Shown piece after piece: positions 54,266 through 64,000 of a stretch of DNA of 64,000 nt. The notes below the pieces were generated by a model, which saw only the letters and a list, made by a program, of their open reading frames with translations, ran no database searches and was not told the origin of the DNA. Every line of letters starts with the position of its first letter. The stretch's first letter is position 1. The position numbers and the translations under genes were made by a program. The stretch comes from Dehalococcoidia bacterium (lineage in GTDB: Bacteria > Chloroflexota > Dehalococcoidia > SM23-28-2 > HRBIN24), in NCBI GenBank assembly GCA_032249735.1, contig JAVVHA010000004.1, positions 27,268 through 91,267 on the forward strand, in the 5' to 3' direction.

Positions 54266-54859
54266 ATGAGCGTTAGGACCCTCAGCGGCTGGTTGCTACG
54301 CTTGGCCCGTCTGGATATGAGCGTCCTGCAGGATGCGGCCTCCACCGCTGCTGCCAGCGGGCCTTTGACTGGGCTGGTGGTGGCCTGTAGCCTCGTCTCG
54401 GGGCTGGGACCGTGGCTGTGGTGGACCTTTCAGGACTTCCCCGACAAGGGGGAGGTGTTCCTGAAGGGGGTCATCATCGGTGGGCTTTTGCAGGTGGCGG
54501 TCTGGCTGGGCTGGGTCTACGTCTCCTACCTCGTGGCCACCCAGATGCTCGGGGGCTCGGGGGAACTGATGGCCGTCTTTCGGGCTATGGCCTTGGCCTT
54601 CGTGCCCATGGCCTTGGCCGTGCTCATGTTCATAGAGCCGCTGGCCATTGGGCTGGGGGTACTGGCGGTAGCGGGGACGGCCATCCTATCGCAGGCGGCC
54701 CTGCAGGCTACCACCGGGGTGGAGGCAGGGAAGGCGGCCATGGCCAACCTGGTAGGGCTCGCTCTCTTCGCCCTGGTCATGTCCCTTTTGGGGGCCACCG
54801 GCGAGACCCGTGGCGTGGGGGGCGTGGCGCCCGGCATCTTCTTCTTCAGCCTGGAGTAG
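54266..54859 (+). CDS. Yip1-domain-like multi-pass membrane protein
   Basis: 197 aa with five hydrophobic helices after a short soluble N-terminus. The Yip1-like assignment is topology-based only. Confidence 0.5.
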   Translation: MSVRTLSGWLLRLARLDMSVLQDAASTAAASGPLTGLVVACSLVSGLGPWLWWTFQDFPDKGEVFLKGVIIGGLLQVAVWLGWVYVSYLVATQMLGGSGELMAVFRAMALAFVPMALAVLMFIEPLAIGLGVLAVAGTAILSQAALQATTGVEAGKAAMANLVGLALFALVMSLLGATGETRGVGGVAPGIFFFSLE

Positions 54860-54985
54860 GCGCGACCTTATAACAGCAGAGGTCTCCTGCCCTATTGGTT
54901 GGGGGGAAAGTCGAGCGTAGAATCTTGACTCGGCCCCGACTGCAGAGGTAAAACAAGCTTACTCCTTGGCTCCAGACCGGCTGCG

Positions 54986-55699
54986 ATGAAAAGGGGTGAG
55001 GCCGTGATGCGGTGGGCCATTGGTGTGGGACTTGTAGGAGTGGCGGGGGCCCTAGCGTTCCTGGTGGTGACCCGTCTGCTGGGGGGTGCCGGGGGAGAGG
55101 TGGGCAAGGCGGCCCCACCGCCCCAGCAGGAGTTTATGGAGCGGTGGCAGAGGGCCATGGCCACCGCGGAGGCCGAGCGGCAGAAGCCGCCTTTCCGGGG
55201 CACCCTTAACGGCATCCGCTTGCACCAGGTGGGCGACCAGGTGGAGATCCCCTGGTGGGTGGACCGGGCGGCCTGTGGGCAGGTGCAAATTGTGGAGTTC
55301 GAGGCGGCCAAGGGGACCCCCCTCTACTTCGAGCCCACTTACTTGCCCAAGGGAGCCGTCCTTAGCACCCAAATGAACCCCGGAGGTACATATGCCGGAG
55401 TCTGTGAGCGCTCCGGTGAGGTGATAGGGGCACAGCAGCATTACCGGTGGCCTTCTGGAAGCCTGGACATCTTTCGGAACCGCGCCGCTCATGAGTGGCT
55501 CATCAATGCCTCTGCCGAGCGTGTGAGGGCAGGGGAGGTCAATGGGCGGCCGGCCGTCTTCGTCCTCCCCGAGGTGGATGACCCCCTCTTCGCCCATACC
55601 ATGGTGATCGTCGCTGAGCCCTTTGGAATAACGGTAGTGATAGGAGAAGGCCTGCCGTTTGATGAGGTGCTCAAGGTGGCCAGGGGGGTAAGGCCATGA
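54986..55699 (+). CDS. Hypothetical membrane-anchored or secreted protein
   Basis: One N-terminal TM/signal helix (WAIGVGLVGVAGALAFLVV), then a soluble domain. No motif recognised. Confidence 0.45.
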   Translation: MKRGEAVMRWAIGVGLVGVAGALAFLVVTRLLGGAGGEVGKAAPPPQQEFMERWQRAMATAEAERQKPPFRGTLNGIRLHQVGDQVEIPWWVDRAACGQVQIVEFEAAKGTPLYFEPTYLPKGAVLSTQMNPGGTYAGVCERSGEVIGAQQHYRWPSGSLDIFRNRAAHEWLINASAERVRAGEVNGRPAVFVLPEVDDPLFAHTMVIVAEPFGITVVIGEGLPFDEVLKVARGVRP

Positions 55700-55741
55700 C
55701 ATGGAGGTGGCGCTTGTAAATGGCGGCGATGTTGGAGGCTG

Positions 55742-56314
55742 CTAGGCCATATGCAGGTTGCCCTCGGGGTCAGTATAGAACAGGCGGAAGAAGGGGTAGC
55801 CGCGGCGCCTGATCTCGTCCCCACCCCCTTCGTGGCGCTCTAGCAGAGCGGCCACCCCCACCACTCGGCACCCTATCTCCTCCACGGCCCTGATGGCCCG
55901 CAGGGAGGAGGTGCCAGTGGTCACCACATCCTCCACGATGGCCACCTTCAGCCCTCTTACCAGCTCCTCGCCGGCCACTGTGTCCCGCACCCCATGCTCC
56001 TTCCGCTCTTCGCGCACGTAGAAGACGGGCAGCACCCTAACCTGGCCATGGAAGGCGGCTAGGGAGACAGCCATGGCGATGGGGATGGCACCGGTGGCCA
56101 TGCCTCCCACCGCCTCTGCTCCCCATGCCACTATGGGGCCCAGGAGGAGGCGGCCGATGATCTCCGCCCAGCGGGGGTGGAGGGTCACCTGCTTGCCATC
56201 GTAGTAGTAACGGGCCGCCAGGCCGGAGGTGAGGCGGAACTCTCCGCGGCGGAAGCAGCGCTCCCGCAGGGCCTGGGCCAGGGCCAGGAGCTCCTCCTGG
56301 GAGGCGTAGGACAC
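55742..56314 (-). CDS. pyrE: Orotate phosphoribosyltransferase
   Basis: FRLTSGLAARYYYD and the PRPP motif VAIVEDVVTTGTS. Confidence 0.9.
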   Translation of the reverse strand: MSYASQEELLALAQALRERCFRRGEFRLTSGLAARYYYDGKQVTLHPRWAEIIGRLLLGPIVAWGAEAVGGMATGAIPIAMAVSLAAFHGQVRVLPVFYVREERKEHGVRDTVAGEELVRGLKVAIVEDVVTTGTSSLRAIRAVEEIGCRVVGVAALLERHEGGGDEIRRRGYPFFRLFYTDPEGNLHMA

Positions 56315-56315
56315 A

Positions 56316-57839
56316 TCACCCCTCCTGAGCCATCTGCAGGAGCAGGTGCACCAAGGTGCGGGCGGGGATGCCAGTAGCCCCCTTCACCCAGATCCCCTTG
56401 TCCCGGTCCACATTATCGGTGGGGGCCATGTCGATGTGGGCCCAGGGGGTCTCCTCTACGAAGAAGCGGAGGAACTCGGCGGCCGATATGGCCCCGCCGT
56501 AGCGGTCGCCCACGTTCTTGATGTCGGCCACGTCGCTGCGCAGGCTCTCCCGGTACTCCTGGATGATGGGGAAGCGCCACATGCGCTCCCCGCTCCTCTC
56601 CGCCGCCTCCATGATGCGCTGGGCCAGGGCATCGTCGTTGGCGAAGAAGCCGGTGGCCGCCGGGCCCAGGGCGATGGCCATGGCTCCCGTGAGGGTGGCC
56701 ACATCTATAAGGGGCGAGAGGCCCAGCTCGCGGGCGTAACAGATGGCATCGGCTAGAATGAGCCTACCCTCGGCATCGGTGTTGATGACCTCGATGGTCT
56801 TGCCATTGCGGGCGCGCAAGATATCGCCGGGCCTGATGGCCGAGCCAGAGGGCATGTTCTCGGCCACGGGCAGGATGGCGGTGACGTTGATGGGTGGGCG
56901 TAGCTTCCCCAGGGCCCACATACAGGCGATGACGGCCGCTGCCCCTGACATATCCCCCTTCATCTCCTCCATGCCCTGGGCGGGCTTCAAAGAGATGCCA
57001 CCTGAGTCGAAGGTGATGCCCTTGCCCAAGAGGCCCACCGCCTTTGGCGAGTCGGGGCGCCCACGGTAACGCATGATGATGAGGCGGGGGGGCTGGGTGG
57101 AGCCCGCCGCCACCCCCAAGAGGGCCCCCATGCCCATCTCCCGGATGCGCCCTTCCTCCCAAACCTCGCACTCCAGGCCGGCATCATGGGCTAGCTGCTG
57201 GGCCCGCTGGGCCATCTCCACAGGGGTGAGGATGTTGGCCGGCTCATTGGCTAGGTCACGGGCGTGGTTGGCGGCTTGTGCCAGGATGATGCCCAGCTCC
57301 ACGCCCCGGCGCAGGGCCTCCAGCCGCTCCTGCTGCATCTCTACTAGCGTCAGCTCCTGCACCTCCCTCTCGTCCTCGTCTGCCTTGTAGCGACGGAAGC
57401 GGTAGAGGCCCATGATGGCCCCCTCGGCCATGGCCTGGGCGCACTGCTGGGGTTCCAGCCCTCCCGCCCCAGCGCCCAGCACCACGGAGGCCACCCTCTG
57501 GCAGCTCAGGCGACGCAGATGGCGGAGGGCGGTGGCCGTGACGTCCCGCACCTTCTGGAGGGAGAACTGTTCCTGCTTGCCCAGGCCCACTACCGCCACC
57601 CGGGCAGCGGGCATGCGGCCCAGGGTGTGGATGACCGTCACCTCCCCCTCCTTGCCCTTGATCTCGCTGTCCTCTATGAGGCGAGAGATGGCCCCGTCCA
57701 TGGCCCGGTCCACAGCCGCCGTGGCGCCACCGGGCGTCTTTATCCCCTCGAAGAGCCCTACCACGATGGCATCGGCTTTCAGCTGGGTGATGTCTCCTGC
57801 CTCTACACGTATCTCCAAGGGCGTCACCTCCCAGTCCAA
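56316..57839 (-). CDS. pepA: Leucyl aminopeptidase (M17)
   Basis: GKGITFDSGGISLKP, MKGDMSGAA, NTDAEGRLILADA. Confidence 0.95.
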   Translation of the reverse strand: MDWEVTPLEIRVEAGDITQLKADAIVVGLFEGIKTPGGATAAVDRAMDGAISRLIEDSEIKGKEGEVTVIHTLGRMPAARVAVVGLGKQEQFSLQKVRDVTATALRHLRRLSCQRVASVVLGAGAGGLEPQQCAQAMAEGAIMGLYRFRRYKADEDEREVQELTLVEMQQERLEALRRGVELGIILAQAANHARDLANEPANILTPVEMAQRAQQLAHDAGLECEVWEEGRIREMGMGALLGVAAGSTQPPRLIIMRYRGRPDSPKAVGLLGKGITFDSGGISLKPAQGMEEMKGDMSGAAAVIACMWALGKLRPPINVTAILPVAENMPSGSAIRPGDILRARNGKTIEVINTDAEGRLILADAICYARELGLSPLIDVATLTGAMAIALGPAATGFFANDDALAQRIMEAAERSGERMWRFPIIQEYRESLRSDVADIKNVGDRYGGAISAAEFLRFFVEETPWAHIDMAPTDNVDRDKGIWVKGATGIPARTLVHLLLQMAQEG

Positions 57840-57970
57840 GGGCTATGATATGGCCATCCCTGCCCACCCTCAAGTTGCTGATGCCGAAAGGGCGGTGCTT
57901 TAATGGGATTGTGCCTCTAGGATTCTCATGGCAGGGGTGAGGTGGACGAAGTTGCGGGGCCCCTGAACCG

Positions 57971-58918
57971 GTGGTGGCGGCAGATGTCCAGGGGGGCCTG
58001 AGGCCTGTGATGGGAAGGGTGTCCTTTCTTTGGCGGAGGCTCACCAGCCCCTTTCAGCGCCGTGACCTGTTGGAAGCGGGGCTGGTGGCGGCTGGCTTCC
58101 TGGCCTATTTCGGTGTGCGGGGTGCGGTCATCGACCGCCCGGCGACCGCCTATTGGAACGCTCGGGACATCATAGAGCTGGCGCGCTCCTTGGGCATCTT
58201 CTGGGAGTATGAGGTGCATAAGGCCCTTTTGGGGAACCTGTTCCTCGTCCAGGCCATGAACATCATCTATTTCTGGCTCCACTTTCCCCTCATCATCGTC
58301 TTTGGCATCTGGTGCTATTACCGCCGGCGCTCCCATTACACACGGTTGCGGGACGCTTTTCTCGCCTCGGGGGCCATATCCCTCATCGTATATTGGCTTT
58401 ACCCGGTGGCCCCGCCGCGGGCCCTGCCCGAGCTGGCCGCCCGCTTTGAACCCAACGCCCCGGAATATGTGCGAGGCTTTGTGGACACCATGCAGGTCTA
58501 CTTGGGCTACGCCTACCAGACACAGGAGACAGGGGCCTTCGTCAACCCCTATGCCGCCATGCCCAGCCTCCACTTCGGCTGGGACATGCTCCTGGGGATG
58601 GGGATCATCTGGGTGTTCTGGCGGACGAGGCTGCGGTGGGTGGCGGTGCCTGTGGGGCTCTTTTTGCCCATCTCCCAGGTTTTCGCCATCACCGTCACTG
58701 CCAACCACTTCTTCTTGGACGCCCTGGCCGGGGCGGTGGTATCAGCCCTGGGGGTGCCCATATCGGTGGCCCTGCATCGCTGGGCATATCCCCGGCTAGG
58801 GGAGTGGGTGGGCAAGATCCCCTGGCCCAAATTACGGAGGTTCCTCCTGCCGGAGGCCGCACCTGGGGAGGGACGTGTGCCCCCTAAAGCTTCGCCAGGA
58901 GCTGGCGGGCAGCGTTGA
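57971..58918 (+). CDS. PAP2-superfamily membrane protein (PAP2_C / inositol-phosphorylceramide-synthase-like)
   Basis: PSLHFGW and TANHFFLDA motifs in a six-helix membrane protein. The start is uncertain (alternative ATG at 58010). The 3' end overlaps the convergent gene by 35 nt. Confidence 0.7.
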   Translation: MVAADVQGGLRPVMGRVSFLWRRLTSPFQRRDLLEAGLVAAGFLAYFGVRGAVIDRPATAYWNARDIIELARSLGIFWEYEVHKALLGNLFLVQAMNIIYFWLHFPLIIVFGIWCYYRRRSHYTRLRDAFLASGAISLIVYWLYPVAPPRALPELAARFEPNAPEYVRGFVDTMQVYLGYAYQTQETGAFVNPYAAMPSLHFGWDMLLGMGIIWVFWRTRLRWVAVPVGLFLPISQVFAITVTANHFFLDALAGAVVSALGVPISVALHRWAYPRLGEWVGKIPWPKLRRFLLPEAAPGEGRVPPKASPGAGGQR

Positions 58919-60242
58919 GGATGGGGTCCCAGACTGGCGAGAAGGGCGGGGCGTAGGCCAGGTCTAGGTTCACCAACTGGTGCACCGTCATGCCGGCGTG
59001 GAGAGCGGTGGCGATGACGTCGATGCGTTTGCCCGCCCCTTCGTGGCCCACGATCTGGCCTCCGAGGAGGACGCCCGTGCCCTTCTCGGCCAGGAGCTTG
59101 ACGGTGATGGGGGCGGCGCCAGGGTAATAGTGGGCCCTGGTCCTGTCCTCTATCCTGGCGGCTATCCATTCCCAGCCGAGGGCCCGCAGTTCCCTCTCCT
59201 GCAGGCCGGTGCGGGCCACCTCCAGATGGCAGACCTTGGTGATGGCCGTGCCCACCACGCCGGGGAAGGTGGCATAGCCGCCCCCCAGGTTGATGCCCGC
59301 CACCCTGCCCTGCTTGTTGGCCACCGTGCCTAGGGCCAACCAGAAGGGGCGGCGAGAGACTAGGTGGAAGGTTTGGGCACAGTCACCGGCTGCCCATACC
59401 CCCTCGCGGGGCGTCTGCATGCGCTCGTTGACCACTATGGCCCCCCTCTCCCCCAGGGGGATGTCGGCGTCGCGGGCTAGGTCAGAGTTGGGCCTCACCC
59501 CCAGGCCCAGGACCACCACATCGGCGGGGATGGTGCGGGCGGCGGTGACCACCGCCTGCACGCGGCCATTGCTCACCTCCAGCCCTTGCAACGGCTCCCC
59601 CAGGTACACGGCCACCCCTAGATGGCGGAGGGCCTCGGCGATGGGGGCGGCCATATCTGGGTCCAGGGTGAGCATCACCTGCTCCTCCTTCTCCACCAGG
59701 GAGACCTCCAGGCCGCGGTGGCAGAGGGCCTCGGCCATCTCCAGGCCGATGTACCCCCCTCCCACGATGACGGCCCTCTTGGCCCCCGTCGCCTCCAGAT
59801 AGCGATGGAGCTCTATGGCCTCGTGCAGGGAGTTGACACCAAAGACCCCTTGGGCATCCATGCCTGGCAGGGGAGGGCGTATGGGCACCGCCCCTGTGGC
59901 CAGCAGCAGATGGTCGAAGGGCTCCCAGCGCTCCTTTCCCGTCTGCAGGTCCTCCACCAGCACGCGACGGCTCTGCAGGTCCACCTTTTGCACTTGATGG
60001 TGCAGGTGCACCTCAATGCCCATGCGGGCGTAGTCCTGGGGCCAACGGACGACCAGCCTATCGGGCTCTTCTATCTCCCGGCCCAGGTAATAGGGGATGC
60101 CACAGGCGGCATAGGAGACGAAAGGCCCCTTCTCGAAGACGATGATCTCCAACTGCTGGGGGCTGCGTCGACGGCGGGCGTTGGCCGCAGCGCTCATCCC
60201 AGCGGCGTCGCCCCCTACTATCACCAGCCGCTGCTGGGCCAT
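58884..60242 (-). CDS. FAD-dependent pyridine nucleotide-disulfide oxidoreductase, CoA-disulfide reductase/NADH oxidase family
   Basis: LVIVGGDAAGMSAA, single redox Cys in VSYAACGIPYY, VIVGGGYIGLE, WAAGDCA. Start trimmed to the ATG at 60242. Confidence 0.85.
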   Translation of the reverse strand: MAQQRLVIVGGDAAGMSAAANARRRRSPQQLEIIVFEKGPFVSYAACGIPYYLGREIEEPDRLVVRWPQDYARMGIEVHLHHQVQKVDLQSRRVLVEDLQTGKERWEPFDHLLLATGAVPIRPPLPGMDAQGVFGVNSLHEAIELHRYLEATGAKRAVIVGGGYIGLEMAEALCHRGLEVSLVEKEEQVMLTLDPDMAAPIAEALRHLGVAVYLGEPLQGLEVSNGRVQAVVTAARTIPADVVVLGLGVRPNSDLARDADIPLGERGAIVVNERMQTPREGVWAAGDCAQTFHLVSRRPFWLALGTVANKQGRVAGINLGGGYATFPGVVGTAITKVCHLEVARTGLQERELRALGWEWIAARIEDRTRAHYYPGAAPITVKLLAEKGTGVLLGGQIVGHEGAGKRIDVIATALHAGMTVHQLVNLDLAYAPPFSPVWDPILNAARQLLAKL

Positions 60243-60365
60243 GGGCCACCTCCCCTTTTTCATCCATCGTAGCATAGGGGGCGTCCCCTTGATCCTAGGG
60301 GAGGGCCCATTTACACTTAGTGCGGCCTACGAAGATACATAACGCTGATGATGGGGGGTTAAAGC

Positions 60366-61664
60366 ATGCCAGCTGTGGTGGTGGTCGGGGGCCAGTGGGG
60401 GGATGAGGGGAAGGGGCGGGTGGTGGATCTGCTGGCCCAGCGGGCGCAGGTGGTGGCCCGTTACTCGGCAGGGAGCAATGCTGGCCACACGGTGGTCAAC
60501 GAATTGGGGGAGTTCCGTCTCCACTTGGTGCCGGCGGGCATCTTCTACCCTGATAAGCTCTGCCTCATCGGCCATGGGGTGGCTGTGGACCCCAAGGTGC
60601 TCTTGGAGGAGATACGTTCGCTGGAGGCGAGGGGGGTGAAGGTGCGGGGGAGGCTCTTCGTCTCCAACCGCGCCCATGTCACCATGCCCTGGCATCCCCT
60701 GCTGGACCGTCTGGAGGAGAAGGCACGGGGTAAGGCAGCCATCGGCACCACCGGGCGGGGGGTGGGCCCCACTTTCGTGGACAAGGTGGGGAGGTTGGGG
60801 ATCCGCATGGTGGACCTGGTGGACCCCCATGCCCTGCGGGAGCGTCTCTCCCTGGTTTTGCCCATCAAGAACGCCGTCCTGAGCAAGCTCTATGAGGCCG
60901 AGCCCCTGGACCTGGAGCAGGTGTGGACGGAGTACGCTGAGCTGGGGGCCCAGCTGCGCCCCTTTGTGGCCGACACATCGGTGATGACCCAGGAGGCCCT
61001 ACGCCGAGGGGAAACGGTGCTGCTGGAGGGGGCCCAGGGTGCCCTCCTGGACCTGGACCTGGGCACCTATGAATACGTCACCTCGTCTGTCCCGTCATCC
61101 CTGGCTGGAGGGGCTTGTGTGGGGATGGGCATCGGCCCCACCCAGATCAAGGCGGTGGTGGGGGTCTACAAGTCCTACATGACGCGGGTGGGCGGCGGGC
61201 CCATGCCCACGGAGCTGTTGGACGAGACGGGAGACATGCTGAGGGAGGCCGGCCCCCGCCCCGAATATGGGGCCACCACTGGCCGCCCCCGCCGGTGTGG
61301 CTGGTTCGACGCCGTGGCCTCCCGCTATACGGCCCGGGCCAATGGGCTCACAGCCGTAGCCCTCACCCGCCTGGACGTGCTGGACCGGTTCCCCACGGTG
61401 CGCATCTGCACCGCCTACCGCATCGATGGCCGGGTGACGGATGTCTTCCCGGCCAGCACCCGCGAGCTGTGGGAGGCGGAGCCGGTGTATGAGGAGATGC
61501 CTGGCTGGGAGCAGGACACCTCGGGCATTCGACGCTTCCAGGACTTGCCAGCGGCGGCCCAGGCCTATGTGCGGCGCATCGAGGAGCTGCTGGAGGTGCC
61601 CATCTATCTGGTATCGGTGGGGCCGGAGCGGGAGCAGGCTATCGTCCTCGGCGACATCTGGTGA
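60366..61664 (+). CDS. purA: Adenylosuccinate synthase
   Basis: VVVGGQWGDEGKGRVVD, GTTGRGVGP, GATTGRPRRCGW. Confidence 0.97.
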   Translation: MPAVVVVGGQWGDEGKGRVVDLLAQRAQVVARYSAGSNAGHTVVNELGEFRLHLVPAGIFYPDKLCLIGHGVAVDPKVLLEEIRSLEARGVKVRGRLFVSNRAHVTMPWHPLLDRLEEKARGKAAIGTTGRGVGPTFVDKVGRLGIRMVDLVDPHALRERLSLVLPIKNAVLSKLYEAEPLDLEQVWTEYAELGAQLRPFVADTSVMTQEALRRGETVLLEGAQGALLDLDLGTYEYVTSSVPSSLAGGACVGMGIGPTQIKAVVGVYKSYMTRVGGGPMPTELLDETGDMLREAGPRPEYGATTGRPRRCGWFDAVASRYTARANGLTAVALTRLDVLDRFPTVRICTAYRIDGRVTDVFPASTRELWEAEPVYEEMPGWEQDTSGIRRFQDLPAAAQAYVRRIEELLEVPIYLVSVGPEREQAIVLGDIW

Positions 61665-62179
61665 GGGCCATGAGGGACGATGTCTTGCTCTGGCTGCATG
61701 TGGTGGCCGCCACGGCCTTCGTGGGCCCCCAGATCTTCTTGACCCTGGTGGTGCCTGGGCTCCGCCTTTTGCCCCCTGAGGGGCGGGTGCTGGCCCTTCG
61801 TGTCCTCACCTCCCGCTTCGGCTGGCTGGGGTGGGGGGCGGTGGTGGTGCTAGTGCTCACGGGCATCGAGAACCTGCGGCATGCTGCCTCAGAGGGGGTC
61901 CTCATCTTCGACCCTGAGTTCCGGTACCTTTGGATATTCGTGGCCAAGATGGCCCTCTTGGCGGTGGCCCTGGCAGCGGTGGCCGTCCATTCCTTCCTGG
62001 TAGGGCCACGGCAGCTGAGGCTGATGGAGGCCGCTCTGAGGGGTGCCGACCCTCTGGAGGAGAGGAGGGTGAGGCGGGCCACGGTGCTCCTAGGGATGGT
62101 GGGCCTGCTGGCCTCTTTGGGCATCCTCTTGGCTGCTGTTCTTCTCCATGACTACTCCTTCTCCAACCGCCCCCTTTAG
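61661..62179 (+). CDS. Hypothetical four-helix membrane protein
   Basis: 172 aa with four hydrophobic helices. ATGA-type overlap with the purA stop. Confidence 0.45.
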   Translation: MRAMRDDVLLWLHVVAATAFVGPQIFLTLVVPGLRLLPPEGRVLALRVLTSRFGWLGWGAVVVLVLTGIENLRHAASEGVLIFDPEFRYLWIFVAKMALLAVALAAVAVHSFLVGPRQLRLMEAALRGADPLEERRVRRATVLLGMVGLLASLGILLAAVLLHDYSFSNRPL

Positions 62180-62183
62180 GGCC

Positions 62184-62651
62184 ATGGAGCAGGAGAGACA
62201 CCCTTTCTCCGCCAGGCTACAGGAGCTGATGGCCGATGTCTTGGCTGGGCGGGCCCCCAACGTTGGGCGGTTTTGCGGGGCCTGTTTCCACCCCCTGAGG
62301 CCCCAGCAGAGGTCCTGTCCCCACTGCGGCGCCAGCACCGATCAGGTGGCCCCTGTGGAGCATATCCCCTGGGAGGTCATATCCATGTTCCAGGCGCAGC
62401 GGCTGCGGGAGGCCCTGGCGGTGCGTGGCCTGGCCTATGGGGGGCTGGTGGCCGGGGTGGTGCTGGCCCTGCTGCCTATTGTCCTCTGGGATGTGCGCTG
62501 GTGGACGGTGCTGCTGCTGTTCACCATCCTGGGTGTGGCCTATGTAGGGGCTGCCAACCTGGCCAATACCCTGGGCGACGCCCTCGGCTACAGGTGGGGG
62601 CAGGCCGTCCTCCGCCGTCGCTGGGAGCGCTTCACGGCCAGGCGCCAGTAA
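62184..62651 (+). CDS. Hypothetical zinc-ribbon protein with two C-terminal TM helices
   Basis: CGAC...CPHCG followed by two hydrophobic helices. Start trimmed to MEQERH at 62184. Confidence 0.45.
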   Translation: MEQERHPFSARLQELMADVLAGRAPNVGRFCGACFHPLRPQQRSCPHCGASTDQVAPVEHIPWEVISMFQAQRLREALAVRGLAYGGLVAGVVLALLPIVLWDVRWWTVLLLFTILGVAYVGAANLANTLGDALGYRWGQAVLRRRWERFTARRQ

Positions 62652-62660
62652 GTCCTTGGC

Positions 62661-63569
62661 TCAGACAGGCACCTTCAGGTCCAGCTGGATGCGCGCCAGC
62701 TCCCGCCGCAGCCGTTCCTGACCCTGGGGGTCGGGCTCCACCAATGGGAGACGGGGCCGCCCCACCCGGAACCCTACATGGTTGAGGGCCCACTTGATGG
62801 GGCAGGGGTTGGGCGCCACCGTCATGAGGGCCTGCATGAGGGGGAGGAGCTGCAGGTGGAGTCGCCGCGCCTCCTCTACCCTCCCCTCCAGATAGGCCTC
62901 CATCATGGCTCGCATCTTACCACCTACCAAGTGGGAGGTGACGGAGATAACGCCATACCCTCCCACGGCCATGATGGGGAGGGTGAGGGCGTCGTCGCCG
63001 CTCCACACCAGGAAGCCCTGGCGGGCCTCGGCCAGGATGCGGGAGATCTGCACCAGATCGCCGGAGGCCTCCTTGACGCCTATGATGTTGTCCACCTGCG
63101 AGAGGCGGATGGTGGTATCGGCGGTCATGTTGAGGGCGGTGCGACCAGGTATGTTGTAGAGGATGCAGGGTATGTCCACAGCTTGGGCGATGGCGCGGAA
63201 GTGCTCGTATAACCCCTCCTGGCTAGGGCGGTTGTAGTAGGGGACCACCAGGAGGAGGGCATCGGCCCCTGCCTTTTGGGCCTCTCGGGAAAGCTCGATG
63301 GAGTGGGCGGTGTCATATGTGCCCGTGCCGGCCACCACCGTGCCCCGGTGGCCCAGGGCCTCCTTCACCTCTCGGACCAGGCGCACCTTCTCCTCGTCGG
63401 ACAAGGTGGGGGCCTCGCCAGTGGTGCCCGAGACCACCACCCCATGGGAGCCCGATTCCACCAGGGCCTGGGCCAGGCGACGAGCTTGGGCGTAGTCCAC
63501 CTTCCCCTCGTCGTCCATGGGGGTCACCATAGCTGTCAGCAGCCTCCCTATCTCTTGCATGGGCGCCAC
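62661..63569 (-). CDS. dapA: 4-hydroxy-tetrahydrodipicolinate synthase
   Basis: TAMVTPMD, VVVSGTTGEAPTLS, VVPYYNRP, IGVKEASGD. Confidence 0.95.
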   Translation of the reverse strand: MAPMQEIGRLLTAMVTPMDDEGKVDYAQARRLAQALVESGSHGVVVSGTTGEAPTLSDEEKVRLVREVKEALGHRGTVVAGTGTYDTAHSIELSREAQKAGADALLLVVPYYNRPSQEGLYEHFRAIAQAVDIPCILYNIPGRTALNMTADTTIRLSQVDNIIGVKEASGDLVQISRILAEARQGFLVWSGDDALTLPIMAVGGYGVISVTSHLVGGKMRAMMEAYLEGRVEEARRLHLQLLPLMQALMTVAPNPCPIKWALNHVGFRVGRPRLPLVEPDPQGQERLRRELARIQLDLKVPV

Positions 63570-63579
63570 CTCCCCGATG

Positions 63580-64000
63580 CTAGATGAGATTGCGTGCTAG
63601 AAGCTCCTGGGCGATCTGCAGGGCGTTGAGGGCCGCTCCCTTGCGCAGGTTATCGCAGGAGATCCAGAGGGCCAGGCCCCGCTGACAGGAGGCGTCCTTC
63701 CTTATGCGCCCCACCAGGGCCAGGTCACCCCCAGCGGCCATGAGGGGGGTGGGATAAAGGGCCTTTTGGGGGTCGTCTACCACCTTCACCCCCGGGGCCT
63801 CCAGGAGGATGTCCCGCGCCTCTTGGGGCGGTAACGGCTCCTGGAACTCCACATGGACGGCCAGCGAGTGGCCCACCATCACCGGTACCCGCACACAGGT
63901 GGCAGAGATGGCCAGGTCCGGGTCCCCCATGATCTTCCGCGTCTCGTTGACGATGGCAGCCTCCTCCTTGGTGTAGCCGTCATCTAGGAAGTCTTCCACA
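63580..64000 (-). CDS. asd: Aspartate-semialdehyde dehydrogenase, C-terminal part; continues beyond the window end
   Basis: ISATCVRVPVMVGHSLAVHVEF and SCDNLRKGAALNALQIAQ. Confidence 0.9.
   Translation of the reverse strand, partial: VEDFLDDGYTKEEAAIVNETRKIMGDPDLAISATCVRVPVMVGHSLAVHVEFQEPLPPQEARDILLEAPGVKVVDDPQKALYPTPLMAAGGDLALVGRIRKDASCQRGLALWISCDNLRKGAALNALQIAQELLARNLI

Overview
This is a high-GC, densely coding bacterial chromosomal window with about 70 supportable genes. I saw no rRNA, CRISPR array, transposase, integrase or phage genes. Most of it is core housekeeping. This includes the gcvT 5' end, ilvE, the truB-rbfA-infB-ylxR-nusA block, mobB-mobA, gyrB, nadD, obg, dnaA, coaX-coaBC, pyrE, pepA, purA, dapA and the asd 3' end. 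Gene content (DUF5679 mini-protein, short IF-2, GAF/HisKA_3 kinase, strong GGAGG ribosome-binding sites) suggests a Chloroflexota/Thermomicrobia-like or similar high-GC lineage, but that is only an impression. Accessory-looking parts: (1) a minimal mercury-resistance-like cluster (merR-merA-HMA protein) beside tRNA-Ser(GCU). Its merR reading frame is interrupted by an in-frame TAG. (2) A seven-gene Tat-dependent molybdopterin oxidoreductase module at 34.1-42.2 kb. It is PsrABC-like and also encodes a small TM protein, a TorD-like chaperone, an unusual multi-cluster Fe-S protein and a degenerate YchF-like NTPase. Its substrate cannot be assigned from sequence. (3) A minus-strand operon encoding a zinc-ribbon mini-protein, a Nudix/eIF-2B-family fusion, a DinB-like protein and a GDPD-like protein. 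(4) A USP, GAF histidine kinase and NarL-type regulator set. I also found three small zinc-ribbon ORFs below the 60-aa cut-off of the ORF track. I found no clear-cut novel defence or mobile system, and the best candidates for undescribed biology are items 2 and 3. The many long ORFs antisense to or out of frame with recognisable genes are high-GC artefacts and are rejected. All domain calls rest on motif recognition by eye, with no database search.
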